Below, piece after piece: positions 9,876-20,802 of a DNA stretch of 64,000 nucleotides. Positions within the stretch are counted from its first letter, which is position 1. Each line of letters begins with the position of its first letter. The notes under the pieces are model-generated. The model was not told the DNA's origin. It made no database searches and worked only from the letters and a program-made list of their open reading frames with translations. The stretch is from Haliotis rubra (taxonomy: Eukaryota). The DNA is taken from contig NW_025767189.1 in NCBI RefSeq assembly GCF_003918875.1, positions 62,001 through 126,000 of the forward strand. The letters are read 5' to 3'. The translations under genes and the position numbers were made by a program.

Positions 9876-12561
9876 ATGTGTGCCTTCCTCTTGACTTTGA
9901 CTGCAGGTAGGTATAGAATATCACAATATATTGAGTTGGAAAAATCTAAACTGGAAGCTCATGTGACACAATACGAGTATTCAGGATGTGCTTAGACCAA
10001 TGCGCAGTCCACTGGTATGACACCACACATATAATGACAGGTTGTGCAAGGATACACCGGAAAATACATTTCACTAAGGTTTACAGATGGTTCACCGAAG
10101 ATGCAGAATGTCCTTAAATGTCTTGTTAAAATATACGTTAGAGAAAGAAAGTGTTAGATCTGAATCAATGACGGGAACAATATTGAGTGAGTGAGTATGG
10201 TTTACGCCGCTTTTAGGAATATTCCAGCAATACCATGGCGGGGGGCACCAGAAATGGGCTTCACACATTGTGCTCGTGGGGAATCGAACCCGAGTCTTCG
10301 GCGTGACGAGCCAACGCTTTAACAACTGGGCTATCCCACAGCCCCGGAACAATATTGAGTCTATAATATCCCAATTATATAACACCCTCATCTTCCCCTC
10401 CAAACCACACACACGCGCACGCACTAACGCACGCACACATGAAAATGTTTCGGAAGTAATGTAAAATGTGTTAGTGCATACGCTACTTGTGATTCACCTT
10501 CGAAACTCCATTAAGGATTTTTGAACAAATGACTTAAATTCAAGACTTGAAAATCCATCAGGTCAAGAAGACACATCTAGATAGTGCACACAATAAACTC
10601 CTCTCCTCTTTATCCTTTACAGTTTTGTGTCACGTGCTACGTGTGGATGGAGCTCAGGTGATTGACGCCAACAACCGCTTCCGGTACGCACTACACCGGA
10701 ACTGGCGTCTGGCATATCGTCGACCAACAATAGCCCGAGTCTTAGAGCTTGATACGGATGTTAGACTTGAAACACGCTACACATTCACCACCGTCCATGG
10801 TGTCCATAGATGCAGATTACGGGGAGTTGTATAACGGCATGCCTGTCATAGGGACGAGTGTTGAAGCCGACGTTGACGACATCGGCCGATATGCTGGTGG
10901 CGCCGTGACGGGGACGCTGGTGCTGTCTATGAAGAACGACATCTCTAACCCTGAGCTGTGTCAGTTGACGGAGCAGGAGGCACAAGACATCCTCCTTACA
11001 GAGGAAGGACTAGCCTTAGATATACATATTTTGCGTAAAAGAGTCATCAAGAAGATATTTGTTGACAAGGCTAAGAAAGCCCATCTTGTGTTCGCCACTG
11101 ACATACTGGTTGAAAACACATTAACTGAGACAAGACCATATTACCTCATAGATCGCTGCGACGGTTCTGTTCTCAAGAAATCAAAAAGGTTGAACACGAA
11201 ATTCCGATCCCTGGGGGGCAGATTTGTCCATCACCGGGGAGACAAGTACAGAGGAACTGGATGCAGAGGAAACCTCTACTGGGACCGCGCCCTCACCTAC
11301 CGTGACAGTTCCAGACACACCTGGCGGGAAGTGTCCAACCTTTGTGAAGGGGACCGGTGGCAACCCGAAGACAGGCCCCATTGTGTACAGCACTCCCCCC
11401 TACTGTCTCGACGTGAGGGTGGAGGGGGACACGTGCTTTCTGGAAAATGAATATGTCAAGGTCGTTGATCTGAAACAGACAAAAAACGAAACGAAGACTG
11501 AGGTTGTTAGCTTCAAATGCTCTGATGGGTATGACGACGCCATCAACGAGGCCAGCAACCCCGTCCTCGACGCCCTCTTCTACGGCACAGCAACTTTCAA
11601 AATGTTTGAAGACTGGTATGACACCAAACCGCTGAACATCCAACCATCATGGCTTCTTGTTCATTACGGTTACGTGACTGATAACGCTTTCTGGAACGGG
11701 GAGAGGATGTTGTTTGGGGATGGAAACCTAGACAATACTTATCCCGTTGTGGGACCTGATGTCATAGGTCATGAGCTTGGACATGCGATATCAGAGCAGA
11801 ACTCTGAGTTAGAGTACTCTGGACAGTCTGGCGGGATTGATGAAGCCTTCTCTGACATTGCAGGAGAAGTTGTAGAGGCCTACGTTAGAACAACTGACTG
11901 GATGGTCGGATTCGATTTATCAAAGTCAGAAACTGAAGCGCTGCGATATTTTGAAGACCCCACCAGGGATGAAGTTTCAATTAAAGATGCTAACAATTTT
12001 GAAATCGACATGGACGTCCACTACAGCAGCGGCGTCTTCAACCACGCCTTTTACCAGATTGTTGTAGCCGGCATGGTCCCCATCAAATACGCGTTTGAGG
12101 GTTTTCTTATCGCCAACAGGTTGTACTGGAAGGAAGATACTGGGTTCGTCGATGGCGCATGTTCAACTATCCGTGGCGCTTACGATGCCGGCTTGGATAC
12201 CGATATATACAGCTCAGCCTTCACAGCTGTTGGGATTAATGCTTGTCCTTTGACCAGGTTTCTTCAGATGCTGATCCCCTCAATCGAACACCCCAACATC
12301 CGGGTATCGAGTATCCGTCAACCGCTGTTTGGCATCAAGACCAAAGACACAACAAAGAAGATCGTTGTGGAAGCTGTCAGTGGGACCGAAGCGGATGTGA
12401 AGCTGGCGCTGTCGAGGACGGAGTCCCGAAGTAACCCTGACGCTTCAGGGACTGGGAGGGTTGAACTGCCAGTTTCGGGGATAGCTTTGTACTACGTCCG
12501 CATCTTCACAGACTCCGTCGACGAGATAGATGACGTCAGGGTCACTTTGAAACTGGAATAA
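9876..12561 (+). CDS. Secreted M4-family (thermolysin/pseudolysin/vibriolysin-like) zinc metalloprotease preproprotein, ~655 aa, two coding exons; two apparent +1 frameshifts in G runs
   Basis: Exon 9876-9906 (MCAFLLTLTA G|gtagg) joins exon 10623-12561 (tttacag|TT) to give the signal peptide MCAFLLTLTAVLCHVLRVDG. FTP/PepSY-like propeptide (RLRELYNGMPVIG; YYLIDRCDGSVL). Catalytic domain: GTGGNPKTG, NAFWNGERMLFGDG, HELGH (HExxH, 11770-11784), GGIDEAFSD (third Zn ligand E at 11842), DVHYSSGVFN (His at 12019), then a ~105-aa C-terminal beta domain (PPC-like). Frames join by removing one G at 10821-10824 and one at 11213-11218. AATAAA signals near 12557 and 12623. Confidence 0.9.
10190..10344 (-). 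mobile_element. SINE B copy inside the M4 protease intron
   Basis: Family B sequence flanked by the 15-bp TSD ggaacaatattgagt on both sides. Confidence 0.9.
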
Positions 12562-12828
12562 ATTACAATTAATGGAAACAAATTCGAATCGACCTGTCAC
12601 AGATCTGGAATTTACCAGGTGAATAAATATGATCTCAACCTTGCTATCATATATCTTTGTTTTCTATCAGGCCACGTAATCATCAAAATCAAATATTTAA
12701 ATTCTGAACAACCAATTGTAACAAGTGTATTAATTTCCAACAGAGACATACAGATTTCATAAACCATAAAAATAACAAAAATACGCTATTTTGTCAATTT
12801 AATGCATGAAAGACGTGGGTAATAAATA

Positions 12829-12952
12829 AAATACCACACTCGGTCTCATTACATATGAATTATACGAAACTCGTGACCTTCCTATGGTATCTGACCGAGG
12901 AAGGACACTCGTTTCGTATAATTTGTATGTAATGAGACCTCGTGTAGTATTC
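12829..12952. mobile_element. Small foldback/hairpin element (MITE-like)
   Basis: ggtctcattacatatgaattatacgaaac ... gtttcgtataatttgtatgtaatgagacc forms a ~55-bp imperfect inverted repeat. A hairpin of similar style occurs at 62449-62583. Confidence 0.65.
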
Positions 12953-13820
12953 TCTATGTATGGCATAGTCACTCTATCCCAGTAAGGATTTTTTATGATA
13001 AACTTATTTGCACTGATAAATGTTCAAACATTTGTAATAAATGGCAGCTTTTATTTCCTGAAACTGACTTTGATTGGAAAAATATATTTACAGTATATAG
13101 AAAGGGATTACAAGATACAAAGCTTAAAGCGAGTTAAGATTTAACGTCACATCGGCAATATCTCAGCCATATCGTGACGAACAAAGCTTATAGACTTATT
13201 ATTATACAAAAAAGGAATTGGTAAAAAAAAAAAAAAGTTGATAACAGTTTGTGTTGTTTTTGCAATGCTGTAAATGAGAGTTTGTGTCATGTGTACTTGG
13301 GATGTCAGGAGACACAAACATATTCCATCAATGATGGAGAGTTCTCTCCCCAGTACTAAGATGACTCTAAACTGTATTAATTTGTACCTGACATTATCTA
13401 TACATTGTCTATTTATGATTTTATACATGTTTATGGATATATTAATATATTGATATCTTACCTGTATATCATGTAGTTATATTACCTTAAGCCGTATGTA
13501 ACACGGCTATGTATATCTGTGATATTACAATCTTGGGAACCAATAAAAAATTATATAAAAAAATATGGCATACCACTGAATCTACAAATGAGTATAAACA
13601 GCTCAAAATCATTTGGATTTCATTTTATTACAAACGAAACAGCAGAATAATCAGTGCTAGTTTACAATACAACCTTACACAATGGATGAGGCTGTTCCAG
13701 AGAAGTACGACAATCGGCACACATTTGAAACTGGTTCAATCTCATGGCTAGTCAGTCAGCCTGATGTACGCACACAACCAACAATACTGTCCCATCACCG
13801 CGACTGGTCCCATCTCATGG

Positions 13821-15080
13821 CTAATCAGTCAGCCAGATGTACGTACTGTACACAGAGTACGGGAACCCGTCCCAGAAAACCTCCCCAGGATCAGTCTGTC
13901 TCATCCCATCTAAAGTAGGAATCAGTTTACCGTTAGGGTTGCACAGCGCCGGATCCATCGTATAGGAAAACGCTGCGACATCACAACCTTTGAACCACCA
14001 ACCCGACTTATGCTCCAAAGCACAAGTCCACCACGAAAGGTCATCATTGTCGCGGTCTTTTGCTGAGAAAGGCTTCCCGATGACGCTGGTGAGGCAGTCG
14101 TTCCCGAAGTCCCCGTAAGAGTGGTTGAACGAATCGATTGCGAAGTCCTTGTTCTCGTCCAAGATTTTGAAGTTGGTGTAACTTCGGGAATAGGTCGAGC
14201 CGTTCTTAATTACGTAACTGATGGTAAAGGTCACGTTCCTGGACGAAAGGAGGGTGTGGAGGTAGCGGTTCCCAAGCCAGTGGTCCCCCGTGAGACTTCC
14301 AAAACCCTCAGTGTACTCCGCCCATGGTCTGAACATGTCTGTGGAGGGGTTCTCCCGGTACTGCACGTGCAGTCTCCCGCCATTCCTCATGTCGCACCGG
14401 ACAAAGAAGGTATGATTGAAGGTCGACGGCTGGACGGGTAGAACACCTGAAAAGTTGTTGTAGCTGTTTGACTTGAACCCATCGCTACAACCTAGATACA
14501 AAACACAGGTGAGAGTTAATCAGTGTAATAAATTATCGGACAAAAGAAAAGCATATAACAATGGCCTGATTGTGACGAAAAGTAGTGCAACAAGATATGA
14601 TCATTCTTTGGTGATGTATTGATACTTGACAAACCAATTCGATTATGTACTTAAAGCTGCTTACCCATTTTTTCTGGAGTTAAATTCAATTAGTCTTGGT
14701 TGATATGAGTTAATAACGTTTACTCACTTGACATCCGTCTCTCACAGCTGTCCCCCACATAGCCGTGAACGCAGATGCACTGGTCCCCAGTGTCTTTGTA
14801 GCCCCCATTCTGACAGTCGCCACGCTATCACACAGACATATTTGATTATTAGATGGGAATAGTTAAAATCTCTGGCTACAACAGTTCAAATGTGTTTGGT
14901 GCGGAGTTTAGTATTTTGAACGAGTGGTAGTAGTATTAGTAATAGTAGCTGCAACAGCAATAATAATAGTAGTAGTAGTAGTGATCGAGGGGAAAAAATA
15001 GCAGCGCCTTGAGCATGCACTAGTTGCGTGGATACGTGCGCTATATAAATATCCTATAATAATAGTAGTAGTAGTAGTAA

Positions 15081-15112
<32 letters not shown>

Positions 15113-16000
15113 TGGTCCTATGCACAGAGCTCAGGTCACGAATCAGTGAAGTTAAGCAACGTCGAGCTCGGACAGTCCTTCGATGGGTGACCGTGTTTGA
15201 CAGCTTGACTCCTGAGAGTTTCTAGGACTTCAGTCCTGCCCCACAACGAAGCGATACATGTGGTCTCACCTTAGGCAAGTGAGTTTGTTCAAACTTGCCT
15301 CTGTTCACCCAGCAGAAAATGGGTACCCGGTTGGAAAAAATTATGTGACTAACCTTTTAGCGCCTGACAGGCAGCTTGGGTTATCCGGGGAAATAATCAT
15401 TAGATTCTGAATAAGCGCCGCGAGCAATCACTTGGTGTTTGGAGACTGTGCGCTATAGAAGATGACTTATTATTATCTTAGTAGTAGTGTTTTCTTAGGA
15501 ATGTCCCAGCAATATTACGGCGGAAAGCCCAAAAGAGCAGTGGTACTAGTAGTAGTAACAGGAGGAGAAGTAGCAGCAGTGATTGGATATTGAATATGCT
15601 AGTGTGTTTAACAAGTAATACAGGTATAAAAAAACGGGCACACACGCAAACACACACACACACACACACACACATTAACGCATTCGATGTGGAAACAAGA
15701 AAACAAAACCTGCTGGAGGATTAAATCAACCACCTCCACAAAGTAACTTGAGAGTTGTTCCCCCTTGCACTGGTTATTGTCAGGCTGTGGGAAGAGAGTA
15801 CAGTTTCGTCGATAGCGGTCAAATACCCGGCACTGGGGGTTCTGTAGGCACAGGACGGCACACTCAGTGACGGTGTTGGTGTCCACGGTGGCCAGGACGG
15901 ACGTCAGGGAGCACAACTCGGACTTGAACATAAAGATCCCCGTGACATGAGACAGGTACATCACGTGCATCATGGTTACCAGGAGACAGCGGAGTGGCAT
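13821..16000 (-). CDS. Secreted fibrinogen-related protein (FReD): signal peptide - PAN/apple-like - EGF-like - fibrinogen C-terminal domain, 344 aa, 3 exons
   Basis: Exon 16000-15734 (MPLRCLLVTMMHVMYLSHVTG...TECAVLCLQNPQCRVF...CTLF, GAG|gtggtt). Exon 14824-14728 (tag|RGDCQNGG...CICVHGYVGDSCERRMS A|gtgagt). Exon 14491-13821 (tag|SCSDG...VRCDM...WAEYTEGFGSLTGDHWLGN...FSAKDRDND...SGWWFKGC...NPNG, TAG). Phases 0 and 1 join to 1035 nt. Confidence 0.88.
15111..15477 (+). mobile_element. 5S rRNA-headed SINE (SINE3-type) with CORE-like body and L2-like tail
   Basis: gaagttaagcaacgtcgagctcggacagtccttcgatgggtgaccg (15148-15193) matches the 5S internal promoter region. ccttaggcaag...ctctgttcacccagcagaaaatggg (~15269-15323) is CORE-like. 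The aagcgcc...gcgctatagaa(tta)n tail is L2-like. Inserted in a (tag)n microsatellite. Confidence 0.7.
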
Positions 16001-19000
16001 CCTTCTTGACAACACTTAGCAACGGGATACACGTGATCTGTAGATAGAACTCGGCATTGAAACCATCCTGGATGATCCGGTGAACAATACTTTCTGATTA
16101 CTACGAGGAATGCCCTGGACAAATTCCATATCATAGCTTCGTCACGAAGGTAACGGCGTATTCTCGTGGCGTAGGTTTAAGGGCCCGACAAAATCTACGT
16201 GTACGCTAAACAATAGTAAACATATCCGCCCATTAATGATAATAGTGAGTGAGTTTAGTTTTACGCCGCGTTTAGCAATATTCCAGCAATATCACGGCGG
16301 GGGACACCAGAAATAGGCTTGTACCCATGTGTGGAATCGAACCCGGATCTTCGGCGTTACGAGACCGCCCCCATTAATGATAATAACTATCTGGAAGTGT
16401 ACTATTTATAAGACGATAGAGGCGATAAAGCAGAATTTGTTTTAAGAATGACAGTTTTAAAATTCGCAATTTTAGCAGCGACGTTTAATAGAGTAATAAA
16501 ACATATTTTTGGGAAATTCGTACAAATGGAAACCTAGTTGGATATAACAGAGGTCTTACATAAGACATAAAACTTGATTTACTATGTGACACGGGACTCA
16601 AACGCGTTGCACACCCGTGTCACATGCGAATTACACGCGTTCAAGGAGAATGAATTTTTAGGCAGTAGTGTATGTATGTATGTATGTGTGTGTGTGTGTG
16701 TGTGTGTTCGTTCGTTCGTGCGTGCGTGCGTTCGAGCGTGAGGGTGTGCTTCCACTACCCTGTATATCACATGCGTGCAAGACTCTACACCGAAACGTCG
16801 CTCCTTGTTGCAATAACAAGTTCTTCATGTATACATCTTATCCTTACTTCATCTGTGACTGATATTTCCAACATCACAGCGAGATGGTCATCCCTAAGTT
16901 TAATTCTTCTTAAAATTTGCCGGGATCAAATTCTGCAGCTTCTCTCAGTTCTAGTATTCAGTTCAGTACACTGGAATTTAACACTTCATCGTCAATATAC
17001 AGGATATGACAGGCAACAAAGGCATACTTTCCCATGCACATGTTTTCGAGGTGGCTACCGATAGAGCAGGGCATGCCTACCCTTTCGGCGAACACCTGGT
17101 ATCATCGCTGATTGCCAGTCATTTAGTTATTTAGTGTTCATTTCCAGTGGATAATTAAGACTGGTTATTCCCTGCCATTGCCGTTTTCTATTTACAACAT
17201 GACCTAATGCCAAGAACCAACAGAAACCGACCGGAACAATACAAGGTTTTTTATGCCAATTTTCATCGCTAATCGTGATTTAAGGTGCAGTTAAAATATT
17301 TTGATAACTTTTAACTCATGCTTGTCAAAGTTAAATAATACTGACCGTGTACTGTTATTGGGTTTCATTGTCTCTCATCACGAACAAAAACATAGATACC
17401 AGTAATAGAAAGTTCAAAAGACTCACCTTACATTACTTGTGAAACAACATGTTTGACACATTCCATCAAACACAAGTGTGATAAGTGAGTATCAAGCACA
17501 ACGACATCAGCGCCCTCAACCGTCGAAATCTGTCGTCAGAGTAAACAACGTATCGATATCGATTTGGAGGATCAGAATTACTCTGAACTAACCGGCTCAC
17601 TGATCAATGGAGCCTGACAACACCGTGTTGGTTGGGGCTGCGTGTCTGATCACAAGCGTACGTCTTCAGGAATATGATCATAAACCTTGACTCATGTCAA
17701 TGATACATTAAACGCTTAATTAGACGTTGGATATCATTTTAACATTAATACATGATTTCCAATTTTGAATAACATTCATTATTACACTGTCACCTATTCA
17801 TCAATTTGTAAGATCGTTACGTGACATGACATCAAGTGTTGAACAATTTCTCGATAGGCTTCGCATTGAATCAAATCGATTGTGATCGATTACTTGAACT
17901 TCAAGGTATGATCGTTGTTTCTGAACATATAAAGTTTTCAAGTTCTGTCACACACACACATCAAAAGCTCTGAGAAAGATTATTACAAATGATTTAAATG
18001 AACACAGATTAAATCTTTGAGTGGTCCAGCAAACCTGGGATTATGCGTATGCTTAAACATGGTAATAGTCTGTTCACAAACAGCCCATGTAATAGGATAG
18101 GATTGTCTCAACCACGTGTTTACACGGTCACCAAGGACGCTGTCATGGTAACGATGTAGGATGCTGTTAGATAAGGAAGAAGGTAATATGTTACATTTAA
18201 ATTCTCTCAGTTCAGCCCTTTGGTTTGAGGCCGTGTATTGAATAAGGAATTGTTCTCCTAATGCCAGACACTTCCCTTGCTTTATCAACAGTTACGCTTT
18301 GTTGGGTGTCACTTAAGAAGTCGCATACACCACACACGATCAAACTACTGTTATTATCCAAATGTAAATTACGAAGCATAATACTTTTAAATGGATTGTA
18401 TTCACACCTTTACGGTGTTTGCATGTCGAGATAAAATGGATACGGGCGTAATCTTATTGCCGAGTTTAAAAAATATTAAATGAGAAAGTTTCTCGAGATT
18501 TATCTTTGAAGGTTTAATGCACTATTTCCGTCTCTTGATGCGTAACTGTTTGTAAATCAGCGGCCACTTTTGATGACAAAAGAAAGCTGTAGAGGAGGTG
18601 AGCATTTTTAAAGGGACAAAAGCTCTTTAACACTCGAACTATTTTGACTGTAATTATAGATGGATGGGTACTACGGAATATGTCATGGTTCATGTTTTGA
18701 TGAGAATGATAAATAAACACAGATAACAACTTTTATTATTTGAAGTTTTATTGAAAATATAAAACATAATAGCACAATAAACATAATAACATTTCATTTA
18801 AATTTGCTCGTGGTAAACTAAAATGAAGAAATAATGCACATTTTTCCTACAGAGTTACGTAACCATTTGAACTCTCACATCGTATGGACATATATAAATA
18901 CATTATCGACAGGAATATGAAACTATAAGCAGCCCACAGCATCGAATGCGGTGATATTATCATATGAAATCATAGGAAAAATACACAGAGAAATATAAAA

Positions 19001-20202
19001 TATATGTAACATTAAAATGAACCATTAATGCAATGACATTTCGTTTCAGAATTGTACCGCTTTTTTTAACTGTTTTGAACATTTGCTTTTTGTTTATTGT
19101 ATTTCTTGCAAAGTAATGGAACTATTTGAAACCTTACATCTTAACAGTGTGTACTAATATACAGTAAATTACTATTATCAGGGCCTCAAACTATCACTTT
19201 TGTTAGTTTGTTCCAGCTGCAGTTCTTTATGTGCATTTGGACTAAACTACACAGCAAGTGGACTAAAACAAACAGTTGAGCCCTAAATAAATCAAAGGAG
19301 ACTACCTATAGAAATATACACAATAAAAAGCAACAAACGTTGTAAAAAGGATTAAACAGACAATATTTCTTCTTCGATATCCAACATAGTCATCAGTTTA
19401 TTGGCCATACATCACATGGTGAGATACATGACACTAAACTCATACAAATGTATGCCTCGTCTTATGTACATATAAATCAATTTTGACATAAGCATATAAC
19501 ATTCAAACGGACTTCCTGTACAAGTATATGTTACAAAGGCCTAGCAATTACGTTCAGTGAGGATGTGTTGCTAAAAGAATCACCATGACGACAGAGAGCA
19601 GACCGGTTATGACGTAATGAATCAAGAGCATGATGGTCTTGACTCGGTTCTCCTGAAAATAAAGCAGACATTAAAACATTTTGAACAACGGTAAATACGC
19701 TCTCCGTGGCATCACGGGAACAACCCCAGAGCTCCGTGTATAGTATCCAAAGCGTCCGAAGCAAAAAATATAAAAGCGTTTAGCGCAACTATGAAAAGCG
19801 GGAACTTAAAGCAAGTTTAGATAAACACTATGGTATACTTCACCAGCATGAGCAGGTTGGTGCCTGTGAACCCTTAATATTATCATTAGTAATCTCCGAT
19901 AAACTTTCAGCACATATCACAGTCAGGTGCAGGGCTCTACCGAGCCATCACCCGATCCTGACACGACAAAGGGACACAAATTTTAAAGGTCCAAAAATGA
20001 ACACTTCAATGCCTGATTGTTATGACTGAAAACAACATCTAAAGTACATGGTCAGGCTTCAGGAAGGGGTCGTCATTGTACAACTGTCATATACTTTTCC
20101 ATATACTTGCAGTTACATCGTGTTGCCAAAAGAAACATAGCATCAGGCAATGGAGTCCGACAGGGTGATCTTAGAACCAAATTGGAAGTGCCTTAATACT
20201 TT

Positions 20203-20705
20203 AGGGACGATGGGGTAGCCTAGTGGTTAAGGCGTTCGTTCCCCACGCCGAAGACCCTTGTTCGATTCCCCACATGGGCACAATGTGTGACGGAGTGCGG
20301 AAGGTCGCGGGTTCGATCCCCGACCGCGTCATACCAAAAGACGTTAAAATATGGTACTTGTTGGTCCCTGCCTGGCGCTCGGCATTAATGGGTACAACAA
20401 GGACTGGCCGGCTCGGAGTCCGTATACTGTGTCTGAATGGGGTATTCATGCTTCACTGCGGCATGGTATCTCAGTGGGCTAACACTATAAAACCAGCTTC
20501 AGTCTGGGCTAGTACAAGCAGCCGCACATACACATACACACGCATGCACGTCGTCATATGAGCGAAATATTCTCAAGCACGACGTTAAACCCAATTCCAC
20601 CATCACACCACAATGTGTGAAGCCCATTTCTGGTGGCCCCCGCCGTGATATTGCTGGAATATTGCTAAAAGCGGCGTAAAACTAAACTCACTCACTCACT
20701 CACTT
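20203..20705 (+). mobile_element. SINE B interrupted by a 5'-truncated SINE A
   Basis: SINE A (~20291-20607) sits inside SINE B with a perfect 12-bp TSD, cacaatgtgtga. Confidence 0.9.
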
Positions 20706-20802
20706 TACTACCTTAAACACAGATCCACGATAGTGGTGGCAATAATACAAGAACAAAGGCCACAGGGGTCCACTGTTCCATGACGCTGGGAAATATAGTT
20801 AC

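Noticed and set aside
9876-12561. Bacterial contaminant contig explaining the M4 protease
   Set aside because: It has a GT-AG intron in the signal peptide containing a host SINE, polyA signals, host repeats on both sides, and no operon context.
15130-15200. Functional 5S rRNA gene
   Set aside because: Only the internal promoter portion matches; the ends diverge and run into a SINE body.
19650-20802. Terminal exon of paralog 2 (read-through to 20713; acceptor at 19957 giving DRVMAR*; hydrophobic stretch near 19710-19805)
   Set aside because: No candidate clearly matches the last TM exon of paralog 1. Left unresolved pending transcript data.
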